Below are positions 9,617-18,494 of a DNA stretch of 64,000 nt, in pieces. The DNA is from an uncultured Chloroflexia bacterium (GTDB lineage Bacteria > Chloroflexota > Limnocylindria > Limnocylindrales > CSP1-4), in contig CAWHXM010000005.1 in the NCBI GenBank assembly GCA_963833285.1, positions 285,324 to 349,323 on the forward strand. Direction: 5' to 3'. The translations under genes were made by a program, and so were the position numbers. Within the stretch, counting starts at the first letter, position 1, and every line of letters starts with the position of its first letter. Below the pieces are notes generated by a model. That model saw only the letters and a list, made by a program, of their open reading frames with translations. It had not been told where the DNA came from and did no database searches.

Positions 9617-11753
9617 CCGATGGGTGCGCAGCGAGCGGCCGGAAACGCCGGCGTCGGCGCGCGAGCACGGTGTCGCCCAGGAGCGAGATGTTGGACGACG
9701 CCCGGATGCCGGCCTCCCGGCTCGACCAGGCCTCGGCGGTCCCGGTCGCGCCCAGCAGGTCGATCATCGCACCGGTCGCGCCGAGGAGGCGGACCGAGGC
9801 GTCGATGACCGCCTGGAGGATCTCGTCCTGGTCGTGCGTCGCGCTGACACGGCCGGCGATCTCGCGCAGCGTCCGCTCGGCGTCGGCGGTCCGGGTGAGC
9901 TCGCCGCGGGACCGCGCCAGCTCCTCGATCAGCCGGGCGTTGGTGATCGCGATCGCGGCCTGGCTGGCGAGGGCCCCGACGAGTGCGGCGTCCGTGTCGT
10001 TGAACGCGGCTCGCTGCGTCGAATAGACCTCGATGACCCCGAGCGGGCCGGATTCGCCGGTGATCGGCGCGGCGATCATCGAGTGGAACCCGGTCCGTTC
10101 GTAGAACTCGGTCGACTCCGCCGACGGCGGGAAGAGTGACGCGAGGTCGTCGTCGGCGACGACGACGCGATCCTCGGCGACAGCGGTCCCCGTGGCGCCG
10201 ACGCCCACCGAGATCCACAGGCTGGCGCGTTCCTCCGGCGTGAACTCCTCGGACAGGCCGTCGTCGAGCGCCCAGTTCAGGTTTCCCGTCGCGGGGTCGA
10301 GCAGGTCGAGGATGACGCCGTCGGCACGGACCAGCCGACCGGCCTGCTTCACGACGTCCTTGAGGATCTCGCCCGGCTCGCGCAGGACCGTGATCCTGGC
10401 GGCGATCTCGCGCAGGCCCTGTTCGGCCTCTGCCCGTCGCCTGAGCGCGTCGCGAGAGCGATCGAGCTCGGCGATCAGGCGGGTGGTCCGGATCGTGATC
10501 GAGGCCTGGTCGGCGATCGTGGTGAGCACTGCCGCGTCGGCCTCGCCCCAGGCATCGGGCCGGCCGCTGGACACCAGCAGGGCTCCGATCGAGCCGTCCT
10601 CGTCGGTCAACGGGACGGCCATCACGGAGCGGATCCCCGACGCCTCGATGAACCGGTCGATGTCGGGCAGATGGGTGAAGCGTGGGTCGCCCAGGTAATC
10701 GCCCGTCCAGAACGGCCGCCCACCCACGACGGCCTGCCCGGCCACGCCCTGGTCGAGCATCTCGTTGGGGTCTGCCGGCAGTGGCATCTGGGGCTCGAGC
10801 GCGCCCGACGCATAGGCCCCGCGCAGGAGCCCGACGGCGGGATCGATGAGGTCGATCCGTGCGCCGTCCGCGTCCATCAGCCGGGCGGCCTCGTCGACGC
10901 TCAGCTGGAGCACGGCTGGCAGATCGCTCGCCGCGCTGATGCGCGCCCCGATCTGGCGCAGCGTGCGCTCGATGTCGGCCAGCTTGGCCAGCTCGCCGCG
11001 CGAGCCGTCGAGCGCCTCGATGAGCCGGGCGTTGCTCATCGCCGCGGCCGCGTGGTCGGCGAGGGCTCGGACCAGACCGATCTGGGCCGGGCTGAACGCC
11101 TCGGGTCGCGAGGAGAACGTGCCGAGCGCGCCGTACACCTCGTCGCCGGCCACGAGCGGGGCGACGACCATCGAGCGGATCCCGATGTCGCGAACGACCC
11201 GGTCGGTGTCCTCGGCGTGGATGAACGCGGTGTCCGCGAGGTAGTCGTTGGTCAGGACGACTGCGCGCTCGGCGACGGCACGACCGAACATCCCGATCCC
11301 GACCGGCAGGTCGATCGAGCGGACCCACGCCCGGCTCCGCCGGCTGCGGATCCCGGCATCGTGCGCGAACCGCAGGTGGCCGGTCGCCGGATCGATCACG
11401 TAAACCATCGCGCCGTCGGCGTCGAGCAGCCGCGCGGCCTCGTCGACGGCCGCGGTCAGGAGCTCGTGGACGTCGCCGGCGCCGCCATCCGGATCGCGCC
11501 CGAGCCGGCGGCCGTCGCGGCTCCCCCGGCGGCGCGTCGCGGTAGCGGGGCTCGCGGCCTGGGCCGGGTCCGGGGTCGCGGATCCGTTCGAGGCGCCGTT
11601 GGCGTCGTCGGTCGCGGCGTGTGCGGCGGCCTCGAGCGGCTCCGTCGCCGGCGGGGCGGTCGGGGCTGTGGCGGTCGTCGGGCGGCGGGCGCGCGGCGCG
11701 CGCGTCGGGCTGGTCACCGCCCGAGGATACGACGCCACCGCCAGGACAGGCAT
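9588..11753 (-). CDS. N-terminal 721 aa of the same sensor kinase (GAF1 to start of GAF4), separated from 5516..9616 by a +1 frameshift near 9656-9662
   Basis: Three and a half GAF units with the same signature motifs. The GAF4 sequence continues seamlessly in the other frame (GVSGRSLRTHRMEWTGSYLDDDRF), so both ORFs belong to one ancestral reading frame. Confidence 0.8.
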   Translation of the reverse strand: MPVLAVASYPRAVTSPTRAPRARRPTTATAPTAPPATEPLEAAAHAATDDANGASNGSATPDPAQAASPATATRRRGSRDGRRLGRDPDGGAGDVHELLTAAVDEAARLLDADGAMVYVIDPATGHLRFAHDAGIRSRRSRAWVRSIDLPVGIGMFGRAVAERAVVLTNDYLADTAFIHAEDTDRVVRDIGIRSMVVAPLVAGDEVYGALGTFSSRPEAFSPAQIGLVRALADHAAAAMSNARLIEALDGSRGELAKLADIERTLRQIGARISAASDLPAVLQLSVDEAARLMDADGARIDLIDPAVGLLRGAYASGALEPQMPLPADPNEMLDQGVAGQAVVGGRPFWTGDYLGDPRFTHLPDIDRFIEASGIRSVMAVPLTDEDGSIGALLVSSGRPDAWGEADAAVLTTIADQASITIRTTRLIAELDRSRDALRRRAEAEQGLREIAARITVLREPGEILKDVVKQAGRLVRADGVILDLLDPATGNLNWALDDGLSEEFTPEERASLWISVGVGATGTAVAEDRVVVADDDLASLFPPSAESTEFYERTGFHSMIAAPITGESGPLGVIEVYSTQRAAFNDTDAALVGALASQAAIAITNARLIEELARSRGELTRTADAERTLREIAGRVSATHDQDEILQAVIDASVRLLGATGAMIDLLGATGTAEAWSSREAGIRASSNISLLGDTVLARRRRRFRPLAAHPSGGMDRLVPR

Positions 11754-11943
11754 CGCCGTTCGCCGATGGCGGCTACGTCATCCGGCCGATGCCACGATCG
11801 TCGCGCGACGAGCCGCTGCGCGGACGTCCGACCGCCGCGAATCGCGGTCGCTTGCCCACCGCCATCTGCATCGCCCGCGCCGACGATGCGGCCTGACGCC
11901 GGCGACCCGCCCGGCCTGAGCATCCAGAGAGGTCCACCGCCCG

Positions 11944-12369
11944 ATGTTCGCCTCCCGCACCTCGCTCCGAACGTCCGACATCGTCGTCCGCGCCGCGATC
12001 GTCGCCCTCGCGCTGGCGACCGGCTACATCCACTCGACGCTCGGCGGCCTGCTGTTCACGCTGAACGCCGTCGGCTACGCCGTCGCCGCCTTCGCGATGG
12101 TCGTCCCGCTCGCGCTTGCCGTCCGGTTCCGCTGGGTCATCCGCATCGGCCTCATGGGCTATGCCGCGACCGCGATCCTCATGTGGGCCATCCAGGGTCC
12201 GTACTACAGCACCGCCTACATCGCCAAGGCCATCGAAGTCGCGCTGATCGTCCTCCTCGCGGTCGACTTCGCCCGCCACGACGGCAACCCGGTCGCGGTC
12301 GTCCGTCGCGAGCTCGCGGCCTTCACGAGCCTCGTCACCCGCCGCGGCACCGCCGCCGCCGGCGCCTGA
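11944..12369 (+). CDS. small integral membrane protein (four predicted TM helices), hypothetical
   Basis: Four hydrophobic 20-aa stretches; GAGAGG Shine-Dalgarno 8 nt upstream of the ATG. Confidence 0.6.
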   Translation: MFASRTSLRTSDIVVRAAIVALALATGYIHSTLGGLLFTLNAVGYAVAAFAMVVPLALAVRFRWVIRIGLMGYAATAILMWAIQGPYYSTAYIAKAIEVALIVLLAVDFARHDGNPVAVVRRELAAFTSLVTRRGTAAAGA

Positions 12370-12403
12370 TCCCGCCCGACCGCACGAGACAGGAGTCACC
12401 GAC

Positions 12404-12793
12404 ATGAAGCGCCTGACCCTCACCTTCGGCCTGCTCGCGCTGGCCGCCGTGCTGGCCGCCTGTTCCGGCGCGTCGGCGGCTCAGGGGGAGAAGCCGACCA
12501 CCCCGGCCGGCAACCCCAGCGGCGACAGCGTCGCCGTGGTGGCCAAGGACATCAAGTTCGTCACCCCGGCCGTCACCGTCAAGGCCGACAAGGCGTTCGC
12601 CATCGACTTCGACAACCAGGACGGCGCCCCGCACAACATCGCCGTCTCCGACGCGTCCGGCAAGAAGGTCTTCAAGGGCGACATCGTGTCGAGCACGAAG
12701 GTCACCTACCAGGTCCAGGCCCTGGCCGCCGGCACATACACCTTCATCTGCGAAGTCCATCCCGACATGAAGGGCACGATCACCGTCCAGTGA
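12404..12793 (+). CDS. cupredoxin (type-1 blue-copper) lipoprotein
   Basis: Lipobox LAAC after a signal peptide; type-1 Cu ligands His (APHNIAV) and C-x2-H-x2-M (FICEVHPDMKG) in a 129-aa beta-rich protein. Confidence 0.8.
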   Translation: MKRLTLTFGLLALAAVLAACSGASAAQGEKPTTPAGNPSGDSVAVVAKDIKFVTPAVTVKADKAFAIDFDNQDGAPHNIAVSDASGKKVFKGDIVSSTKVTYQVQALAAGTYTFICEVHPDMKGTITVQ

Positions 12794-12813
12794 TCGGTCC
12801 ATTCCGCGAGATC

Positions 12814-12848
12814 GAAGCCCCGGCTCCGGCCGGGGCTTCGGCGTTTCC
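12814..12848 (+). terminator. intrinsic terminator after the cupredoxin gene
   Basis: GAAGCCCCGG-ctcc-GGCCGGGGCTTC perfect GC-rich hairpin followed by GCGTTTCC. Confidence 0.6.
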
Positions 12849-12874
12849 ACGGCGGATCAGGTTGTTGTTGCATC

Positions 12875-12903
12875 TTGACACTTCATAGCAGTATTGCTAT
12901 ATT
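12875..12903 (+). promoter_or_regulatory. sigma-70/SigA-type promoter (TTGACA-17-TATATT) with a palindromic operator ATAGCAgtatTGCTAT in the spacer
   Basis: Perfect -35 TTGACA at 12875-12880, a 17-nt spacer, -10 TATATT at 12898-12903, then ATG at 12925. A 6-bp-arm palindrome at 12885-12900 overlaps the -10. Confidence 0.7.
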
Positions 12904-12924
12904 TCGTCGCGACAACTCAACGAG

Positions 12925-13428
12925 ATGGAGCGGACTCGCATGGAAACACCCTGGCTCACTCTCTATCGCCGAGCCCCGGCGCTCAAGCGCCGGGACCGCC
13001 GCCTGGCCGTCGCGGCCGCGTTCCTCGGCTATCCGGCACTGATCGTCGGCTACGACCTGCTGGTCGCGCCGGGACGGCTGTCGACAGTGCTCTGGGCACC
13101 CATCGCCATCGTCCTCTTCTCGCTGACGCTGGTCGGTGCGGTGGCGCTGTACGGCTACGGCCAGGGCCGCATGGACCGCCGCGCCCGCCTCGACGAGCGA
13201 CAGCGCCAGATGGTCGACCAAGCCCTCGTCGTGAGCTATGGGGTCCTCGCCACCGTCGTCTCGGTGGCCCTCGGCATCCTCGCCGTGGCGGCCTCGTTCC
13301 AGACCATCGAGATCCACATGGACGCCCTCGCGCCGTGGCTCATCGCGGCCGGTCTGTACCTCCCGATGCTGCCATTCGCGGCGATGGCCTGGGTCGAACC
13401 GGACGCGCCGGTCGACGACGAGGCCTGA
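12925..13428 (+). CDS. membrane protein (DUF2975-like, 4 TM) co-transcribed with an XRE regulator
   Basis: Four hydrophobic helices; stop TGA at 13426-13428 abuts the GTG of the next gene. Confidence 0.6.
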   Translation: MERTRMETPWLTLYRRAPALKRRDRRLAVAAAFLGYPALIVGYDLLVAPGRLSTVLWAPIAIVLFSLTLVGAVALYGYGQGRMDRRARLDERQRQMVDQALVVSYGVLATVVSVALGILAVAASFQTIEIHMDALAPWLIAAGLYLPMLPFAAMAWVEPDAPVDDEA

Positions 13429-13429
13429 C

Positions 13430-13720
13430 GTGGCCGATCCCTCCCCCGCCCCGGAGCGGGAGGTCGTCTTCAACCGCATTCCGCTGCTGCGGGCCGACCG
13501 CGGGCTGTCGCGCGGCCAGCTGGCCGAGGCGCTCGGCATCCACTACCAGACGGTCGGCTACATCGAGCGCTGCGAGTACTCGCCGAGCCTTCACCTGGCG
13601 ATGCGCATCGCCCGGCTGTTCGAGCTGCCGGTCGAGGCGGTCTTCTCGCTCGACCCGTTCGGGCCACTCGGCGTCGAGGCGCTGGTGGCGCGCAAGGCAC
13701 CGGCCGGGGAACCTCGGTAG
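13430..13720 (+). CDS. XRE-family helix-turn-helix transcriptional regulator (about 96 aa)
   Basis: LSRGQLAEALGIHYQTVGYIERCEYSPSLHLAMRIARLF is a canonical XRE/Cro HTH. The GTG start is 1 nt after the upstream stop. Confidence 0.75.
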   Translation: MADPSPAPEREVVFNRIPLLRADRGLSRGQLAEALGIHYQTVGYIERCEYSPSLHLAMRIARLFELPVEAVFSLDPFGPLGVEALVARKAPAGEPR

Positions 13721-13729
13721 CATCGAACC

Positions 13730-14644
13730 ATGCTCGAGATCGTCGACCTCGCCAAGCGCTACGGGTCCGTCGTGGCCCTCGACGGCGCGTCGTTCACGGC
13801 CCGTCCGGGGCGGATCGTCGGCTTCCTGGGCCCCAACGGAGCCGGCAAGACGACGACCATGCGCTGCGTCTTCGGGCTGGCCAGGCCCGACCGCGGCGAG
13901 GTGCGCTGGGAGGGCACCGTCGTCGACCGCGACGACCGCCTGCGGTTCGGCTACATGCCCGAGCAGCGCGGGCTGTATCCGAGGATGCGCGTCGCCGAGC
14001 AGCTCAGCTATTTTGCCCAGCAGCACGGGATGCCGGGCAAGCCGGCCAACGCGGCCGCGCTGCGCTGGCTCGCCCGGATGGGGCTCGAGGACCGCGCCCG
14101 CTCGAAGCTCGAGGAGCTGTCGCACGGCAACCAGCAGCGGGTCCAGCTCGCGACGGCACTCGTCCATGACCCTGAGCTGCTCGTCCTCGACGAGCCGTTC
14201 TCCGGCCTCGACCCGATCGGGATCGCCACGATGACCGAGGTCGTCCGTGAGCGCGCGTCGGCGGGCGTCGGCGTCGTCTTCTCGAGCCATCAGCTCGATC
14301 TGGTCGAGGACGTCTGCGAGGACGTCGTCATCATCGCGCGCGGCCGGGTCGTGGCCTCGGGACCGATCGAGGAGCTCAAGACCGCTTCGGGCCGTCAGCA
14401 TCTCGAGGTCGAGGTCGTCGGGTCCCGCGGTGCCTGGCTGGACGGCCGACGCGGCCTGACGGTCCTCGAGCGCGTCGGCGACCGGGTCAAGCTGCTGGTC
14501 GACCGGTCGGTCGACCTCGACGGCCTGCTGGCGCAGGCGCGCGGGGCCGGGGAGGTCCGCATGTTCGCCTACCAGCCGCCCAGGCTGTCCGAGCTGTTCA
14601 TGGAAGCGGTGGCGCCCGACGCCACACCCGCGGAGGCGGCGTGA
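13730..14644 (+). CDS. ABC transporter ATP-binding protein (ABC-2 exporter type)
   Basis: Walker A GPNGAGKTTT, signature LSHGNQQR, Walker B LLVLDEP. TAGCAT lies 7 nt before the ATG, suggesting a leaderless mRNA. Confidence 0.9.
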   Translation: MLEIVDLAKRYGSVVALDGASFTARPGRIVGFLGPNGAGKTTTMRCVFGLARPDRGEVRWEGTVVDRDDRLRFGYMPEQRGLYPRMRVAEQLSYFAQQHGMPGKPANAAALRWLARMGLEDRARSKLEELSHGNQQRVQLATALVHDPELLVLDEPFSGLDPIGIATMTEVVRERASAGVGVVFSSHQLDLVEDVCEDVVIIARGRVVASGPIEELKTASGRQHLEVEVVGSRGAWLDGRRGLTVLERVGDRVKLLVDRSVDLDGLLAQARGAGEVRMFAYQPPRLSELFMEAVAPDATPAEAA

Positions 14645-15840
14645 TGCCGCGCTGGCGGAGCATCTGGCTGGTCGCCCGGCGCGAGATCCTCGAGCGCGGC
14701 CGGAGCCGCGGGTTCATCCTGAGCGTGGCCTTCACGACGCTCGTCGTCGTCGGCTCGTTCCTCGTCCCGGCGATCCTCTTCGGCGAGGACAAGGCGACGA
14801 AGGTCGGCGTCGTCGAGCCCGCGCCGGCGGGACTGTCGACCGCGATCGAGTCGACCGCGCAGCGGTTCGACCAGGAGGTCGCCATCAGGACCTACCCGGA
14901 CGCGGCCGCCGCGGATGCCGCGCTGGCCGACGGCAAGGTCGATGTCGTGGTTGCGATGCCACCCGACCTCTCCGGGCCAGGTGACATCCGGTTCGACAAA
15001 CGGCCCGATCAGGCGACGGCCCAGATCGTGTCGGCGGCGATGACCGGCCTCCGCGTCCAATCGGTCCTCGGCGCGAGCAACGTCGACCTGGGTGCCCTGT
15101 CTGCCGCGCAGCAGCCGCCAGCGGTCGGTGCTCGCCAGCCGCAGACCGAGGACGACCAGGCGAGGTTCCTCGTGGCCAACATCGGCGCCGTCCTGATCCT
15201 CGTCGGGATCTTCAGCTTCGGGTTCGCCGTGCTGACCGGCGTCGTCGAGGAGAAGCAGAGCCGCGTCGTCGAGGTCGTGCTCTCGACGGTCCGCGCCCGC
15301 GACCTGCTGATGGGCAAGGTCCTCGGCATCGGCGTCCTCGGCCTGGTCCAGCTGCTCGTCTTCGTCGTCGCCGCGATGGTCGCCGCGCTCGTCACGAACC
15401 GGCTCACCCTGCCGACCACGACGCCGGGCGCCGTGGCCCTCCTGGCACTGTGGTTCGTCCTCGGCTACCTGCTGTACTCGACTGCCCTGGGCTTCCTCGG
15501 CGCGCTCGCGTCGCGGATGGAGGAGGCCTCGAACGCCTCCACGCCGGTCACGATGGTGGCGATGATCAGCTACTTCGTGGCGATCTTCGCGGTCATCGAA
15601 GACCCGAGCGGCACGGTCGCCACGATCGCGACGTTCCTGCCACCGTCGGCACCCTTCGTCGTCCCGTTGCGGGCCGCATTCGATGCGATCCCGGCCTGGC
15701 AGGTCGGGCTCTCGGCGATCATCACGATCGCCGGGATCTGGGTCCTGTTCGCGATCGGAGCGCGGGTCTACTCGGGGGCCGTGCTCCAGGTCGGCGGGCG
15801 GATGAAGATCCGCGATGCGTGGCGGTCGGCCGGGGAGTGA
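14641..15840 (+). CDS. ABC-2 family transporter permease
   Basis: Six hydrophobic helices; start overlaps the ATPase stop (ATGA). Confidence 0.8.
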   Translation: MMPRWRSIWLVARREILERGRSRGFILSVAFTTLVVVGSFLVPAILFGEDKATKVGVVEPAPAGLSTAIESTAQRFDQEVAIRTYPDAAAADAALADGKVDVVVAMPPDLSGPGDIRFDKRPDQATAQIVSAAMTGLRVQSVLGASNVDLGALSAAQQPPAVGARQPQTEDDQARFLVANIGAVLILVGIFSFGFAVLTGVVEEKQSRVVEVVLSTVRARDLLMGKVLGIGVLGLVQLLVFVVAAMVAALVTNRLTLPTTTPGAVALLALWFVLGYLLYSTALGFLGALASRMEEASNASTPVTMVAMISYFVAIFAVIEDPSGTVATIATFLPPSAPFVVPLRAAFDAIPAWQVGLSAIITIAGIWVLFAIGARVYSGAVLQVGGRMKIRDAWRSAGE

Positions 15841-15878
15841 CCGCGGGCTGAGGCCCACCTTCCGCCGGGCATCCCGGC

Positions 15879-16877
15879 TCACCCCTCGGCGGGATCCAGC
15901 GGCTCGAACAGCCCGGGCAGTCCCCCGGCATGCCAGAACACGACCCGCCGGCCGTCGAACGCACCGGCCCTGACCCGGGCCACGAGGCCGGCCAGGGCCT
16001 TCGCGGTGTAGATCGGATCGACCAGGATGCCCTCGCTCCGGGCGAGCAGGCGGGTCGCCTCCTCGGCGGCCGCGCTGCGATGGCCATAGCCCGCCCCGTA
16101 CTGATCGTCGTCGAGCACGATCTCGCCGTCCCCGACGGAGGCGAGCCCGTCGAGCGCCCCCAGGCCGCCGACCATCGCAACCACGGCACGGCGCAGCTCG
16201 TCGCGCGGCGTCACGGCGATGCCGTGGACCGCGGTCGGGGCGCCGGCCGTGCGCAGGCCGACGAGCAGGCCCGCCTGGGTGCCACCCGTGGCAGCCGGAA
16301 CGACGACCTCGTCGGGCACGAACCCGCGGCGCGCCGCGTCATCGGCCAGCTCGATCCCGGCGAGGACCTGCCCGACGGTCCCGACGACGCCGGACCCACC
16401 GACCTCGACGAGATACGGACGGCGACCGGCGTCCGCCAGATCGGCCATGACCCCCGCGACGAGCGCCTCGCGCTCGGCTCGCTCGCCGGTCGCCGCGCGG
16501 TGGACCGTCGCCCCGAGCAGCTCGGCGAGGCGGAGGCCCGGGTTGGGTGGATCGGTCGGCGGCCCTGACAGCACGAGATGCACCTCGAGGCCGGCGCGGG
16601 CGCCGGCCGCCGCGGTCAGCCGGGCGTGGTTCGACCAGCGCCGGCCGGCGGTGACGAGGCTGTCGGCGCCCGCGGCAAGGGCCGCGCCGACGAGGAACTC
16701 CAGGTTGCGCAGCTTGTTGCCGCCGAAGGCGAGCGGCAACAGGTCCTCGCGCTTGATCCACAGCTCCGCGCGCCCGCCGAGCGCGCTTCCGAGACGCGGG
16801 AGCGGCGCCAGCGGCGACGGGCCGTCGAGCAGCGGGAACCTCGGGAAACGGGTCGGGTCCGGGGTCCAGCTGGCCAC
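15879..16877 (-). CDS. PLP-dependent 1-aminocyclopropane-1-carboxylate deaminase / D-cysteine desulfhydrase family protein
   Basis: Family signature FGGNKLRNLEFL and Gly-rich PLP-binding stretches. Confidence 0.8.
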   Translation of the reverse strand: MASWTPDPTRFPRFPLLDGPSPLAPLPRLGSALGGRAELWIKREDLLPLAFGGNKLRNLEFLVGAALAAGADSLVTAGRRWSNHARLTAAAGARAGLEVHLVLSGPPTDPPNPGLRLAELLGATVHRAATGERAEREALVAGVMADLADAGRRPYLVEVGGSGVVGTVGQVLAGIELADDAARRGFVPDEVVVPAATGGTQAGLLVGLRTAGAPTAVHGIAVTPRDELRRAVVAMVGGLGALDGLASVGDGEIVLDDDQYGAGYGHRSAAAEEATRLLARSEGILVDPIYTAKALAGLVARVRAGAFDGRRVVFWHAGGLPGLFEPLDPAEG

Positions 16878-16911
16878 GCGGCCGATGGTACCCGGCCCGT
16901 ATCATCGGTCG

Positions 16912-17328
16912 ATGGCCACCCGCATCACGCCGGCCGACCGGCAGACGACGGTCGGGCAGCATCCCGGGATGGAGCGCTCGATCGCGATCTCGGCCTCGAC
17001 GGTCGGCTCGTCGCGACTGTATTCGTCGGTCGTCTCGACCGCGCCGGGCGACCGGACCCGGATCCACCACCACGGCGAGTGCGAGACGTCCATCTACATC
17101 GTGTCGGGCGACGCAAGCTACACGTACGGTCCGACCGGCGTGGAGCACGGGTTCGAGGCGGCCGCCGGCGACTTCATCTACATCCCCGCCGGCGAGGTCC
17201 ACGTCGAGGCCAACGCGTCGGACCTCGATCCGCTCGTCGTCGTGCTGACCCGCAACTGCCCGGATTCGCACGTCGTCTACCTCGACGGTGGGCCGGACGG
17301 CGCGACCGACGTCCCCGCCCCGTGCTGA
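16912..17328 (+). CDS. cupin domain protein
   Basis: Cupin motifs HHHGECETSIYIVSG ... GDFIYIPAGEVH; the upstream part of the listed ORF is RP-rich junk in frame. Confidence 0.75.
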   Translation: MATRITPADRQTTVGQHPGMERSIAISASTVGSSRLYSSVVSTAPGDRTRIHHHGECETSIYIVSGDASYTYGPTGVEHGFEAAAGDFIYIPAGEVHVEANASDLDPLVVVLTRNCPDSHVVYLDGGPDGATDVPAPC

Positions 17329-18482
17329 GACACTGGGACGAGCGGGCACTCCCCGACCTCCTCGCCGAGAACGGCCTGACCGGCGTCGCGGAGTCTGCCT
17401 TCGCCAACGACGGATGGTCGGGAGCGTCGCTGACACGGCTCGTCCGCCCGTCGGACGGGACCGCGTTCGTCCTCAAGCGCACCTCCTGGGCGGTCGACTG
17501 GATCGCCCGCTCGACGCGCGACCACGCACTCCGGGAGGGGTTCGTCGCGGCCATGCCGTTGCCGCTGCCCGAGCCGCTGGTTGCCCCGTATCTCGGGGCA
17601 GCGTCCGAGGGAACCTCGGTGGCCATCCTCATGCCGGACCTCAGCGATCGGTTGCTCGGGTGGGAGCTCGGCGAGACCCCGGCGGACGGCCACGTGCTCG
17701 CGCGCGTCATCGACGCGGTCGCCCGCCTCCACGCAGCCCCGTGGCCGGTGGCGGGGACGCCCGATGCCGGTCATGCCTGGCCGACGGCGCCCATCGCCGA
17801 ACGACTACTGCTGCTCGCACCTCGGTCGGCGGCGAGGCTGGCGGCCGCCGGCGTCGCGGCGGGTCGCCGGTTCGTCGACGGCTGGAGCGCGTTCGAGCGA
17901 CGCGCCCCGGGCACCGCCGTCGGCCTCGTCCGGGCGCTCGACGCCGACCCGAGCCCGCTGCTATCGGTGCTCCACCGGCTGCCCTCGACCGGACTGCACG
18001 GCGATCTCAAGCTCGGCAACGTGGCGCCCCTCCCCGACGGTCGGATCGCGCTCATCGACTGGCAGATGACGATGCTCGCCCCGGTCGCGGTCGAGCTCGG
18101 CTGGCTCCTCGTCGGCAACTCCGGGGTCCTGCCCGACCGGCCGGAGACGGTCCTCGAGGCATACCGGCGGGCCGTCGCCGCCGCGGCCGGTGAGACGGCG
18201 GCGGCCGGTACGCCGTTCGACCCGCGCCGGGCGTACCCGCCCGATGCGCTCGCGGCGGTCCTTGGCGACCCGCGGCCCTCGCGCTTCAGATCCCCGGACG
18301 AGGTCCTCGGTGACTGGGCGGCACAGGTCGATCTGGCCTTGATCGTCGGGCTGCTGTTGCGCGGCTGGCGCAAGGGCCTCGACGCCGAAGCCGGCGCCAC
18401 CCTCGGTTCGGGTGTCGACGCAACGGACGACCTCGCCTGGTGGTGCGATCGGGCAGTCGACGCCGCCGGTCGCCGGCTGTAG
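17322..18482 (+). CDS. aminoglycoside/antibiotic phosphotransferase (APH) family kinase
   Basis: Brenner motif HGDLKLGNV and an IDWQ motif; GTG start overlaps the cupin stop (GTGCTGA). Confidence 0.75.
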   Translation: MLRHWDERALPDLLAENGLTGVAESAFANDGWSGASLTRLVRPSDGTAFVLKRTSWAVDWIARSTRDHALREGFVAAMPLPLPEPLVAPYLGAASEGTSVAILMPDLSDRLLGWELGETPADGHVLARVIDAVARLHAAPWPVAGTPDAGHAWPTAPIAERLLLLAPRSAARLAAAGVAAGRRFVDGWSAFERRAPGTAVGLVRALDADPSPLLSVLHRLPSTGLHGDLKLGNVAPLPDGRIALIDWQMTMLAPVAVELGWLLVGNSGVLPDRPETVLEAYRRAVAAAAGETAAAGTPFDPRRAYPPDALAAVLGDPRPSRFRSPDEVLGDWAAQVDLALIVGLLLRGWRKGLDAEAGATLGSGVDATDDLAWWCDRAVDAAGRRL

Positions 18483-18494
18483 CCGATCCGCGGG

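Noticed and set aside
8875-11328. 817-aa minus-strand ORF overlapping the kinase gene
   Set aside because: Arg/Pro/Gly-dominated translation of the antiparallel frame of a real GAF-rich gene; no motifs; a typical high-GC shadow ORF.
16219-16911. N-terminal 230 codons of the 369-aa ORF containing the cupin
   Set aside because: Ser/Arg/Pro/Ala-rich read-through antisense to the ACC-deaminase-family gene; a proper ATG at 16912 precedes the cupin motifs.
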